DNA of 64,000 nucleotides from Sphyrna mokarran (GCA_024679065.1 JAGIQG010000002.1:55676001-55740000), one strand, 5' to 3'; counted from the first letter of the stretch, positions 39,945 to 51,566 are shown. Notes: generated by a model from the letters alone, not told the origin. Translations and numbers: made by a program.

Positions 39945-40690
39945 CTTATCGATCTTGCTAAGGCCTTCGATTTTGTTGAACACAACTTCTAAAATGTTAA
40001 GAGAATAGGGCTCCCCAAACAGATTATATTTATGTTGAAATTGGGAAGAACAACATTAAATTTATACCAATTAAGCAGGGCTGGGGTATAATAGGAGATC
40101 CACTTTCTCCTCTATTATTTAGAATAATTATGGATACTATATTATCAGTGCTCTGGACGAGAAAGGTGCAGGATGTCCGATTAAAAATGAATAATGATAA
40201 AATTATAGTAACTTGTTTTGCAATTGTTATTGTTATAATTAGTGATACATATAAAGGAATGCATAAAAATCTTAACATTTATTGAGAAATTCTGTTTAGC
40301 CACTGGACTTGATATTAACGTGAAAAAGACAGCCGATTTTCATTTAACATCTAAAAACCTTCCTATTTAACACTGCTGAACCTAGAAATTAAAAAATTAA
40401 TTGGTAAATTTCATAAAATCAAGACAAATTGAAAAATAATTTGACGCTAAATTTGATCCGTGAATCAGGACTACTGGAAATGCATGGGAAGATTTATTAA
40501 GTGCATGGATAGATAGAACAAAGAACAACACAGCACTGGAAACAGGCCCTTCGGCCCAATGAGCCCGCGCCGCCATCCTAACGTCTTAATGTTTTAATTT
40601 TTAAAATGATAATTTTAAATTGGTGCCGGTTAGAGGTGCGAAATTGGATAAAACTTAATTACAAAGGCATTGGAGTATCCTACTTCCTTG
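39945..40690 (+). mobile_element. Degenerate R2-like (RLE-type) non-LTR retrotransposon RT fragment
   Basis: Frame-shifted motifs IDLAKAFDFVEH, IPIKQG..GDPLSPLLFRIIMD, SDTYKGMHKNLNI/IEKFCLATGLDINVKK, and NWIKLNYKGIGVSYFLDKTMSN. Confidence 0.7.
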
Positions 40691-40811
40691 ACAAAACAAT
40701 GTCAAATACTGGCTGCAGTTTAACTGTTTTAAGGGGTCAAATTATATTCAAAGCAATTGAAAGCAATGCTTCTGCCCATTCTGTCATTTTCCATCATCCA
40801 GAATCTCCCGT

Positions 40812-43277
40812 CTGGGAATTCTTTGGGAAAGAAGGGCGCCTGTATAGAAGGGATGGGGAACACTTGCATGGGAAGGGTGTGAATATCTTAGCTGGGAAGT
40901 TAGCTGGAGTGTTTCGGCAGGATTTAAACTAATATGGAGGGGGGAGGGGCTGAGACCGATAGCTCGGTAGAGAGCGAGATGGGATATAGACTAAGCTTGA
41001 ATGAGAAGAGATGCACCAGGGAGAAGGAGGTTCCGAGTGGTCTTGGAGGTCTGGAGTGTGTCTGTTTCAATGCGAGGAGCGTAACGGGAAAAACGGATGA
41101 ACTTAGGGCCTTAATGTTTGTGAGGAACTTGGATGTGGTGGCAGTGACAGAGACGTGGTTAAAGGAAGGGGAGCAGTGGCAACTGAACATTCCTGGGTAT
41201 AAATGTTTCAGGCGTGACAGAGGAGGGTCCAGAAGAGGTGGGGGAGTGGCCTTGTTAGTTAAGGAGAGCATCACAGCAGTGCAGAGGGAGGACAATACAG
41301 AGGAGATAGGAGTGGAGTCGCTTTGGGTGGAGTTGAGGAATAGAAAGGGGGTAATTACTATGCTAGGGGTGTATTAAAGGCCACCCAACAGCCCACGGGC
41401 AGTTGAAGAAGGCATATGTAAAGACATTTTGGATAGGTGCAGAAAGAACAGAGTCGTTATAGTGGGAGATTTTAATCTCCCGAGGGTGGATTGGAAAGTA
41501 CCTAGAGCTGGGGGTTTGGATGGGCGGGAATTTGTAAAATGTGTACTGGAAGGATCGTTGGAACAGTATGTGGCTAGCCCGATTACAGAAGGGGCTATAT
41601 TGGATTTAGTTCTGAGTAATGAGCCAGGGCAGGTGGTTGATGTTGTAGTAGGGGAACATGTGGCTAACAGTGACCACAATTCTGTCTACTTTAGGATTCA
41701 GATGGAAAAGGATGCTTGTTGCCCTAAGGGCAGGGTGTTGAATTGGGGGAAGGCTAACTATGGTCGGATTAGGCAGGAACTTAGGGATACTGATTGGGAA
41801 CGGTTGTTTGAGGGTAAGTCCACGCTAGGCATGTGGGACTCTTTCAAGGGAATACTGAAAATGTTGCAAGTATGTGCTGGCTAAGAGGAAAGATGGGAAA
41901 GGTAGGATTAGAGAGCCGTGGATTACTAGGGATATAGAGGACTTGGTTAGGAAGAAAAGAGAAGTGTATGATAGGTCGAAGCAGCTGGGAACCGAGACAG
42001 CATTGAAGGAATATAGAGTAGGAGGGAGCTCAAACAGGGAGTTAGAAGGGCAAAAAGGGGGCATGAAATGATTTTGGCAGATAGGATTAAGGAAAACCCA
42101 AAGGCTTTTTATTCCTATGTTAGGAATAAAAGGGTGGTTAGAGGAAAAATCGGACCTCTTAGGGACAGAGGAGGGGAACTGTGCTTAGAGCCCGAGGGAA
42201 TGGCAGAGATCCTGAATGAATACTTTGCATCTGTATTCACGAAGGAGAGGGGTTTGTTGACAGCTACAACGTTGGTTAGACCTCATTTGGAATACTGCGT
42301 CCAGTTCTGGTCGCCTTACTACCGGAAAGACATGGAGACTCTGGAGAGAGTTCAGAGGAGGTTTACCAGGATGCTGCCTGGTATGGAAGGTCTGAGTTAT
42401 GAGGAGAGATTAGGCAAATTGGGACTGTTTTCCTTAGAAAGAAGTAGACTTAGAGGAGATCTGATAGAGGTGTACAAGATTTTGAAGGGGATTGATAGAG
42501 TAAACGGCTTAAGCTTTTTCCTAGGATGGACTCAAATAGCACGAGGGGTCACGGGCTTAGGGTGAGGGGGGTAAGGTATAATTTGGATGCTAGAGGGAGT
42601 TTTTTCACACAGAGGGTGGTGGGGGTATGGAATGCGCTGCCAAGTAAAGTGGTGGAGGCAGGTACTCTGGAGTTATTTAAGAAATACTTAGATGGGCACA
42701 TGAACAGAATAGGAATGGAGGGGTATAGAAAACTGATTTAAAATAGGGATCATGAGCCTTGGGAGTCCCTGGGAAGTGTGTAAATAGATGATGATATTGA
42801 TGTACTTGTTTTTATCCTACAGGTGCTTTGGTCCACCTTGTTGTCTAACGAGGGGCATACACGCGATGGGTCGTGAGAGGACTGCTCTTGGATCTTTTTC
42901 GAGAGTATCCTAGTGCTTCACGTTGTTCGTGTACGCTTGACCTGGACCATTTGATGGGCAACACGACAGCTCAGTGACTATCGCTGTGCTGTGCAGATAC
43001 ATGGATTTGGGCCTGTGTCTGTGGGAGTTTGCGCATTCTCCCCGTGCTTGCGTGGGTTTTCTCCGGGTGCTCCGGTTTCCTCCCACATCCCAAAGATGTG
43101 CTCTTAGGCTAATTGGCAAAACAAATTCTCCCTAAATTGTCTCAAATTTGGTTTTTAATCCATAGATCTATTAACATGGACAGGGATCGTGGGTAGAGAT
43201 GGGAACATCGGGGTGGCGGCGCAGGCTCGTTGGGCCGAAGGGCCTGTTTCCCATGCTGTTTTGTTCTTTGTTCTTTG
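40812..43277 (+). mobile_element. 5'-truncated, internally deleted CR1 LINE with an extended SINE-containing 3' UTR
   Basis: ORF1 esterase end (YRRDGEHL..G..LN-stop at 40932); APE endonuclease motifs (FNARS, VTETWL, GDFN, LDLVL, SDHN); jump from FASVFTKE to [10 protein letters not shown]; ORF2 ends 42741; (TTCTTTG)n tail; contains stops and frameshifts. Confidence 0.92.
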
Positions 43278-43390
43278 TCTTCCACCATATAACAGGCCTT
43301 TACGTTCTTGTTGCATCCATCTCTTGTTCAAAACCTATCACATTTCTAACTTTTCCCAGTTCTGATGAGAGATCACAGAACTGAAATATT

Positions 43391-43512
43391 GGGCAAGATT
43401 TTCCAGCTTGTTCACCCCAAAAACCAGAGTATCCTGCCCCAGGTCAACGGAAGTTTGCATGCCCGGTCCCCACCCGCTATGATTCCCATGGGTGAGATGG
43501 TAAATTCCCCCC
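43391..43512. mobile_element. MITE with 3-bp TSD (PIF/Harbinger-like); related copy at 11275-11388
   Basis: TIRs gggcaagattttcc / ggtaaattcccccc; TSD att. Confidence 0.65.
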
Positions 43513-43698
43513 ATTAACTGTTTCCCTCTCTACATACATTGTGCCTAACCTGCTGAACTGTTTTTTTCCAGAATTTTCTGTTTTTATTTCAGATTTTCAT
43601 CATCCATTCTGTTTTTCATTCACTTTTTAATTGGTTATTTTTTTTAAACGGCATCAGAAATTGAATTGCATCTTGAAGACTGTAGTTTTGCGCATACA

Positions 43699-43789
43699 TT
43701 AATAGTTGTGGTCTTCATCCTTGGTCGAGGGGTAAACTGAAACTTGATGACCATCCTTCAATTGCAACACAGCTTCTCGTAGGAACCAT
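43699..43789 (-). CDS. COA1: COA1 last coding exon
   Basis: ttgttag| WFLREAVLQLKDGHQVSVYPSTKDEDHNY-TAA; the four exons total 414 nt = 137 aa + stop, all phases compatible. Confidence 0.95.
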
Positions 43790-45109
43790 CTAACAAAAAT
43801 CAAGAACAATATGGATAAAGTCATTAACTGACAATGAAAATTTTAGGAAATTTGCTGAAGAATTGCTTCTCTTAAGCACGATTTTTGTTCGGCCACAGAA
43901 CCTACGGTGCTGCCATCCTCAGGTACCTCATCCAAGTGGCTATTCTTTATGAATAAGTAAGTATTCATGAGTAGTGAGAGGTGATGGCCTTGGTGATACA
44001 ATTGCTAGACTATTAATCCAGAAACTTACCTAATGTTCTGGGGACCCAGGTTCAAATTCCGCCATGGCATATAGTTAAATTTGAATCCAATAAAAAAAAA
44101 TCTGGAATTAAGAATCTACTGATGGCCATGAAATCATTGTCGACTGTAGGAAAAAACATCTGGTTCACTAAATGTCCTTTAGGGAAGGAAATCCATTATC
44201 TTTACCTGGTCTGACCTACATGTGACACCAGAGCCATGGCAATATAGTTGACTCTCAACTGTGGGTAACTAGGGATGGGCAATAAATGCTGGTCAGCCAG
44301 CGACATCCATGCACTATGAATGAATACAAAAAGTGAATGTGCATCAACAGGTCACTAATCCAAGGAGGTTTGCCACAGCCAAGCTCTAAACTTGTCCTCA
44401 GCTGACATCACACATGCATATTTTCCAGTGAGATTCACTGAATTGGAACAAGGAGTTTTCTTTTTCCCATCTAGGAGCACTGAGGTCTGAATTTCAAACT
44501 GCATGACTGAAATCAGCTAAAGCAGTAGACAAGGGACTAAATCTGGGACTTCTAACTTGATTTCGCACATTGCAGTGTTGAGAAAAATTTCTGCTGACTG
44601 AAATTAAAAACTATTTTAAAATAACACTTTGAAAAAATATCTTGACAAGGCTCGAACTAAACAATATGGTCAAGAAAAACAAAACAAAAATTTCACATAC
44701 TTTTTTTCCCCCAAGTAGATCAAGGTGCAGATACTATCTGACAAGCCAGCAACACCATCCTTAAAACCTTTCACATATAAGAAATGTTTGGTTCAAAGTA
44801 ATTTGCTTTGCACTCAGAGGATTTTAAAGAATAATCAAAGAGCAAGCTTTTTTCTAGTCAAATATTCATTTAAGCTTTTAAGCCAATAAATTAAAAAACT
44901 GAGAGTTTGTACATTTAGTTTAATTAAAACATCTACATATATAACAAATATAAACATTGGACCAAAAATATTTTAGACATAAAGCATATTTTGGTTCTTA
45001 CTGCTGTGTTTTATTCTTCCCATGAGCATTTCATTTTCCCAGATGCTTTAAAATCTCAGTCAAATCTCATTAAACCAAATCTCTACTGCATCTAAGTTAA
45101 TTTCTACAA

Positions 45110-47100
45110 CATACATATGAAATAGAAGCAAAAATTCAACCCATCAAGCCTGCTTCATCATTCAGTAAGATTGTAGCTGATCTGATTGTAACCTCCTATC
45201 ACCCCCTTTCACCCCCTTGTTTACCAAGAATCTATCTACCTCTGCCTTAAAACATCATCTTTTGAGAAAGAGAGTTCCAAAGATTCCCAATCCTCACAGA
45301 AAAAAATTCTTTTCATCTTTGCCTTGGGCGAAGCCTTATTGTTAAACAGAGAATCCTTGTTCTAGATTTTCCCACAAGAGGAGAACCTCTCCACATTCAT
45401 CCTATCAAGATCCCTCAGCATCTTAAAAGTTTCAGTCAAGTCACTTCTTACTTTTCTAAACTCCAGCACATACAAGCCTAGCCTAGCAGGGAGGATGTTC
45501 TGATAGATGCAGTGAGGACGTTCATGATAGTGGGGGAGTCCAGATGTAGAGATGCCGGCATTGGACTGGGGTAAACACAGTAAGAAGTCTGACAACATCA
45601 GTTTTAAATCCAACTGATTTATTTGGTAGTAAATTTGTAAGCTTTTGGCTCTATGGCATTCGTCAGGCGAATGAGGTGTTCTGGTCTCCAATAGCACACA
45701 TATCAGCACAGACAGTTTACAGATTACTGATTAGAATGCAAATCTTTACACCTAACCTGCTATTCAAGTCTTAAAGTGGCTAACAATGTGAGTGGAAGGA
45801 GCACTGAGCACAGGTTAGAGGGATGTGTATTGTCTCCAGACAGCACAGTAAGTGAGGTTTTTTGCTAACCCAGGCAAGTCATGGGGGTTACAGATAGTGT
45901 GATGGATCTTGGCTTCATGTCACACTATCTGTAACCCCCATGACTTGCCTGGGTTAGCAAAAAACCTCACTTACTGTGCTGTCTGGAGACAATATACATC
46001 TCTCTAACCTGTGCTCAGTGCTCCTTCCACTCATATTGTTAGCCACTTGAAGACTTGAATAGCAGGTTAGGTGTGTAAAAATTTGCATTCTAATCAGTAA
46101 TCTGTAAACTGTATATGCTGATATGTGTGCTATTGGAGACCAGAACACCTCATTCGCCTGACGGGGGAGTCCAGAACCAGAAGTCAAAGTCTGAGGATTC
46201 AGGGTAGACCATTTAAGACGGAGGTGAGGAAACTTTTCCTCATCCAAAGAATGGTAAGCCTGTGGAATTCATTACCACAGGAAGTAGTTGATGGCAAAAC
46301 ATTGAATGCATTCAAGAGATGGCTGGATGTAGCACTTGGGACAAACGGAATAAAAGGTTATAGGGAAAAAAGCAGAATTAGGCTATTGAGTTGGATGATC
46401 AGCCATGATCTGAATCAATGGTGGAGCAGATTCAAGGGGCCAAATGGTCTCCTTCTGCTCCTATCTTCTATGTTTCTATGTAGCCTGTCCAACCTTTCCT
46501 CATAAGGCTACGCGTCCATTCCTGCTATTAGTCTACTAAACCTTCGCTGATATCCCTCCTTAAATAATGAGACAAATAAAGTACACAATACTCCCGACAT
46601 GATCTCACCAGTGTCCTACACAACTGAAGTATAACCTCCCTACTTTTGTATTCAATTCCCCTCACCATAGATGATAACATTGTATTAGCTTTCCTAATTA
46701 TTTGCTGTATCTGCATACTAGCCTTTCATGATTCATGCATGAGGACATCCAGATCCTTCTCAATCTCAGAGCTCTGCAATCTCTCACCTTTTAGAGAAAG
46801 AGCTTCTTTATTATTCTTGTTGCCAAAATGGACAATTTCACACTTTCCCACATTATGCTCCATTCGGCAGATCTTTGCCCATTCACTTAACCCTCAACTC
46901 TATATCCTTTTGTAGCCTTCTTATGTCCTCTGTACAACTTATTTTCCTTCCTATGTGTCATTTGCCATTTTAGCAACTGCACCTTCTGTCCCTTCATCAA
47001 TGTCACTTAAATAAATTATAAAAGTTGAGGTCCCAGCGCTGATTCCTGTGACACACCACTCACCACACCCTGCCAACTGGAAAAAGACACATTTATACTG
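45110..47100 (-). mobile_element. CR1 fragment hosting a (+) CR1 3' end (~45485-46480), which hosts the PLE fold-back
   Basis: Minus-strand CR1 RT motifs on both sides; tagcct duplicated at 45479-45484 and 46481-46486. Confidence 0.85.
45545..46163 (-). mobile_element. Penelope-like element 3' end with long fold-back (family A)
   Basis: ~242-bp inverted arms (45661-45902 / 45920-46163); 13-bp TSD gggggagtccaga; loop region encodes DLGFMSHYL-stop, a PLE ORF C-terminus; degenerate hammerhead at ~45630-45670 (-). Confidence 0.85.
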
Positions 47101-47812
47101 AATACTTCTAATGATTGGTCATTACTATAAGCAACATGTTTTATTTTTCCCAATATATCATATCACAGGATTCCACAACTATCCATGCCTCTTATATCGC
47201 ACCTTTGAATTAGGCTGATGCCCTGTTGTGATTGTTTTTGATACAGAAATGAAATTTTAAAAAATTAGTTCTATTCTAAAACCAACATATTATAAAACAA
47301 AACTACATTGCTTTTTTTCTGATCCCTTTCGAGTTGTTTCTCTACATCTGAAAATGTCCATGCAGAAGGAAACAAAATTGTACAGGAAACAGCAATAGTC
47401 ACAATTCACAGTTACACACAAATATCCTTCTACAGCACTCCCTCACCCCAGCTGCATAAAGAACAAAGTGGTCCCCCACTCACGCTGTGCCAAGCAAAGA
47501 AGAACAAACGTCTTTAATTCTCTCGTTAAAATTAAATAATTCTGTTAACCAATACACTTACACTTCTCGGCTACAGTCAGTATCTTTGTTCCCTGAAATC
47601 AAGCACTTGTGTCTTCTACAGCAAGCTGAGATAGCCTAGATAACTCAATATATACACAGGGTTCAAAAGGTGAGGTCTAAAATGCTCATCCCCAAGTCCT
47701 TTCATACAATATAACTCTTACAAATAGAACAAATCGAATGCATATTTGTAACATCAGTGATTTGCAAAAGACATTCAGCATTCAATTAGTTGGTTACAAG
47801 CAGAAAGGTTAC

Positions 47813-47889
47813 CTCTTCTGTACACTGTCTCTAACAGAATAGGTATGGAGATATCCAGCTGATTTTGTTCCACATACTGGGATTTTGAT
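47813..47889 (-). CDS. COA1: COA1 coding exon 3
   Basis: ttgcag| ... |gtaacc; 77 nt, IKIPVCGTKSAGYLHTYSVRDSVQK(R). Confidence 0.95.
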
Positions 47890-48049
47890 CTGCAAACCAA
47901 TGGTACACAATCACTTAGCAGATTAAGGATTCAAGAGATTGCCATGCATTTATTGTAATTATGCACGTCCAATTTTACATCCACTCACACTCCCACTCAT
48001 GATTTAAAGAGAATTTGTGCATTCCTTCAGATAGTATCATTACCATGAG

Positions 48050-48365
48050 TGGCATGACGGCACAGTGGTTAGCACTGCTCCTTCACAATGTCAGGGACCC
48101 AGGTTCAATTTTAGCCTTGAGTGACTGTGTGCAGTTTTCACATTCTCTCCGTGTCTGTGTGGGTTTCCTGCAGGGTACTCCAATTTCCTCCCACACTCCA
48201 AAGACATGCAGGTTAGGTTGATTGGCTGTCCTAAATTGCTCTTTAATGTCAGAGGAATTAGGAGGGTAAATACATGGAGTTACAGGGATAGAACCTAGGT
48301 GGGGCGGTTGTCGGTGCAGGCTCGACAAGCCAAATGGCCTGCTTCTGCACTTTGGATTCTATGAT
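48050..48365 (+). mobile_element. HE1-like V-SINE in a COA1 intron
   Basis: A/B-box head, V-domain, tail ggcctgcttctgcact..gattctatga. Confidence 0.85.
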
Positions 48366-48521
48366 CACAGAGGAACTTTGAATAAAGTGAGAGCTTAAAT
48401 CAGTATATTTGAAAACTGCAATATACGCATGGAAGAAAAAAATTGCTTCATAGAGTTTCTGCTTGACACACAAAGAACCTATAAATCAGATTAGGTCATA
48501 AGCAATAACTGAATGCTATAC

Positions 48522-48673
48522 CTTTGCACTAATTCCATCCACTCGATTGTTTCTGTCAGTGAGTTTGATATTTCTGACTTGCAGTGGTGGAGCTCCCAGG
48601 GCTTCCAAAGCTGTCTCATTTTTGTTCAGTTCTTCAATTGCCAACTTGTAATATTCTGACTTGGCAAAATTTT
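48522..48673 (-). CDS. COA1: COA1 coding exon 2
   Basis: ttatag| ... |gtatag; 152 nt, (Q)NFAKSEYYKLAIEELNKNETALEALGAPPLQVRNIKLTDRNNRVDGISAK, matching COA1 YYKLA..L....A.EALG.P. Confidence 0.95.
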
Positions 48674-48898
48674 CTATAAAACAATTATTCACAAGAGAAT
48701 TGTACCAAATCCATAGTCTATTTTAGCATTAGACTTGTATAGATTTTCTTGCTGAGCTGGACCTTTCTAGAAATCAAATGTAACTATCTATATGAATAAT
48801 GATGAATGTAAGGAATTGGACTGAGATAAAGCTGAAATTGCTAAGAATATGATTCAGTCCGCGAAATGAAAGAAGAATTTCTTGGAGAAGAACTCAGA

Positions 48899-49034
48899 GG
48901 CCAGAATCTTACCACCATTTGCGCTGGTGGGATTTTCCTATCCCGCTGTAGTGAATGCAGATTTGGCTAGCTGCCAAATTCTTTGACTTTGTTGCAGCGA
49001 GTGTGTGGCATGAATGGCAGGTGAGATCTTGCCC
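48899..49034. mobile_element. MITE with 3-bp TSD (PIF/Harbinger-like); related copy at ~11590-11709
   Basis: TIRs ggccagaatcttacc / ggtgagatcttgccc; TSD aga; internal palindrome atttggc.agctgccaaat. Confidence 0.7.
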
Positions 49035-49735
49035 AGAATGTGACTAGGATGAAGTGGACAACAAGGAAAACTAAGAAAGAAAAAATGAAGCACAGCATTC
49101 AAAAGAGGTGTTGGTGGAATAGCGAGAAAGATAAATGGAAGAGTTGCTGATAAGGAACAACGCATCATGATTTAAATAGTCATTCAATAAAAAGAAAAGT
49201 ACAGCTATTTTTGAGACAAGGCCAAAATGCCAATATAATCATTCACAAGAAGTGCTATCTGAACAGAAGTAGACCTTTCAAAACCTTGTGTATGGTCCAC
49301 AATTGAATTAAATCATTGTTGATCTTTACCTTAATTACAAATACCCACCGTTATTCCACGTCCCCATTATTTCCTGACAAACAGTTACTAATTTTAATCT
49401 TGAAAATTCCTATTGACACAGCATCCATTTGTTGGCGTGTTAGATTTCCAACACGCTTTGTGTGAAGCAGCACTTCCTGATTTCACACCTGAATAGTCTC
49501 GCTCTAATTTTAATATTGTTCTGGATTGCCACCAGTTTGTAAGTGAACAGATATTTTGGAGAAGAATGCAGATCAGCGGATCAGCTTTGATTTGTTGGCA
49601 TAAAGCGAGAGTGAGCAGCAAGGAAAGAAAATTTGAGGCTAGTTCCCAGTGAGCACCACCACAATCCATCCACTATCCACAATCCAATATGATATTGTAT
49701 TGGATAGTGACAAAAAGTGGCAGAGGATGTTTCAG

Positions 49736-49765
49736 ATATATATATATATATATATATGTGTGTGT
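49736..49765. repeat. (TA)n(TG)n microsatellite; also (TG)n at ~57724-57740 and (CA)n at ~62525-62555
   Basis: Direct reading. Confidence 0.9.
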
Positions 49766-50256
49766 CTCAGTCTTTATACACTCTGATTCTAAGGGACAGT
49801 ACAAGAGCATTAATTTTCCAACTAATCAGCTCTGTTAGGAAGCCATCTAACTTCAACATGGCAATACAACGGAGGTCAGTAATTGATAATTTGGGTAAAT
49901 TGTGACTCTGAACCTGCATTCTATCACTCTGTAGTAAACCATCTGCACTTGGTGTAATATCAACTTTTAAAAATTGGTCCAACAGCGAAGATTCTTGGCT
50001 TTAACCAAGAGATAGCTATTCTCAGTGACACAACATATGCAAATTTTAACAAGGAGGACATTGCCTCAAGCATAGCATCACAACACAGTAAAAAAAAAAT
50101 TTGCTTTCTAACCAGTTTAAGAATTACAATTTTTGAAATTGACTTCAAGTAACTTAGTGTATATGAACCATGTGATGTTTGTCTTCTGGGTATCTACTTA
50201 TCAGCAGGGAAAAAATGGTCTTGGAAGCAAAAATAGGTTATGTTGTGTGTACTCAC

Positions 50257-50350
50257 GCTGCATAAGATAATACATAACTGCACATCCTCCTCCAGATACT
50301 ATTCCCAAGTATATAGCCATCTGTTGCAAAGCACTCGTTGAAACCGGCAT
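50257..50350 (-). CDS. COA1: COA1 first coding exon (ATG at 50350; exon extends to 50369)
   Basis: Minus strand ttattag|GCTTTACAACACTAGGAGG ATG; MPVSTSALQQMAIYLGIVSGGGCAVMYYLMQ (transmembrane segment); |gtgagt donor. Confidence 0.9.
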
Positions 50351-50591
50351 CCTCCTAGTGTTGTAAAGCCTAATAAAAAGAGAATAACATTCAAATAAAC
50401 TACAATCTCAATATGTTTTTAATTTCATATTTGAGCTAAGATAAAGAAATATTTTTAAAAACCCTGATTATCTGAAATAAAAATAGAAAATTATGAAAAT
50501 AACAACAGGGCTCTCAGTGAAAAAAGAGAAACAACAAGTTAACCTTTCATGTCTGCATCTTACATCAGAATCAGAATTCTGCAAGAGGATC

Positions 50592-51310
50592 TGGCATTAT
50601 GACTGTGAGACCAAGTTTCCTTTCGACTCGATTTTCAAGTTTGCTGACAACACCACCGTAGTGGGTCAGGTCTCAAACAATGATGAGACAGTGAACAGGA
50701 ATGAGAAAGAGAGTCTGGTGAACTGGTGCGGCAGCAATAATCACTCCCTCCATGTCAACAAAACGAAGAAGATAGTCACTGAATTCAGGAAGTGTACTGG
50801 AGGACATGCCCCTGCATACATCAATGGGGACGAAGTGGAAATTGTCAAGAGCTTCAAGTTTCTACATATCCAGATCATCATGTCCTCTATGTCAATCTAT
50901 AATTAAGAAAGCCCATCAATGCATCTTTCTCAGGGGGTCAAGGAAATTTGGCATGCCCCACTACAACAATCTCACCACCTTTTACAGAATGCCCCATAGA
51001 AAGCATTCTTTCTGGTTATAACACAGGTTGGTAGGGCTCTTGCTCCATCCAAGACCGCAAAAAACTACAAAGGGTCATGAACAAAGCCCAATTCACCCTC
51101 CCATCCACTGACACTGTCTATATTTCCCGCTGCCTCAGAAAAGCAGCCAGCATAATCGAGAACCCCACGTACCCTGGACATACTCTTTTCTACCTTCTTC
51201 TGTCAGAAAAAGAGTACAGAAGTCTAAGATCACCTACGAAATGACTCTTCGTCCCTGCTGCCAGCAGAATTTTGAATGGACCTACTCTTGTTAAGTTGAT
51301 CTTTCTGTCC
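50592..51310 (+). mobile_element. Rex1/Babar LINE fragment
   Basis: IFKFADNTTVVGQVSNNDE...LHVNKTKKIVTEFRK...INGDEVEIVKSFKFL. Confidence 0.85.
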
Positions 51311-51314
51311 ACCC

Positions 51315-51566
51315 AAGTCTCAAAACACCAGATTAAAGTCCAACAGATTTATTTGGAATCACGAGCTTTTGGAGCCTTCATCAAGTGAAGTGTGTCAATA
51401 TGCACAATCTTCTTGGAGATCCTCTCCATTTGGAGCAGTTTGCAGTGTCGATGGTAGCCATGATGTGGAGATGCCGGATTAAACTGGGATGGGCACAGTA
51501 AGAAGTCTCACAACATCACATTAAAGTCCAACAGATTTATTTGGAATCATGAACATTCATCAGGTA
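51315..51566 (-). mobile_element. Two short family A-related PLE termini
   Basis: ttaaagtccaacagatttatttggaatca occurs twice; both copies end within ~5 nt of the (C/T)TGATGAA box. Confidence 0.7.

Noticed and set aside
40606-40932. 108-aa ORF that looks like a novel gene
   Set aside because: Chance fusion of the R2-like relic, a PLE relic and the CR1 ORF1 C-terminus
48050-48120. tRNA-like sequences with A/B boxes (many copies)
   Set aside because: These are SINE heads, not tRNA genes; no complete cloverleaf
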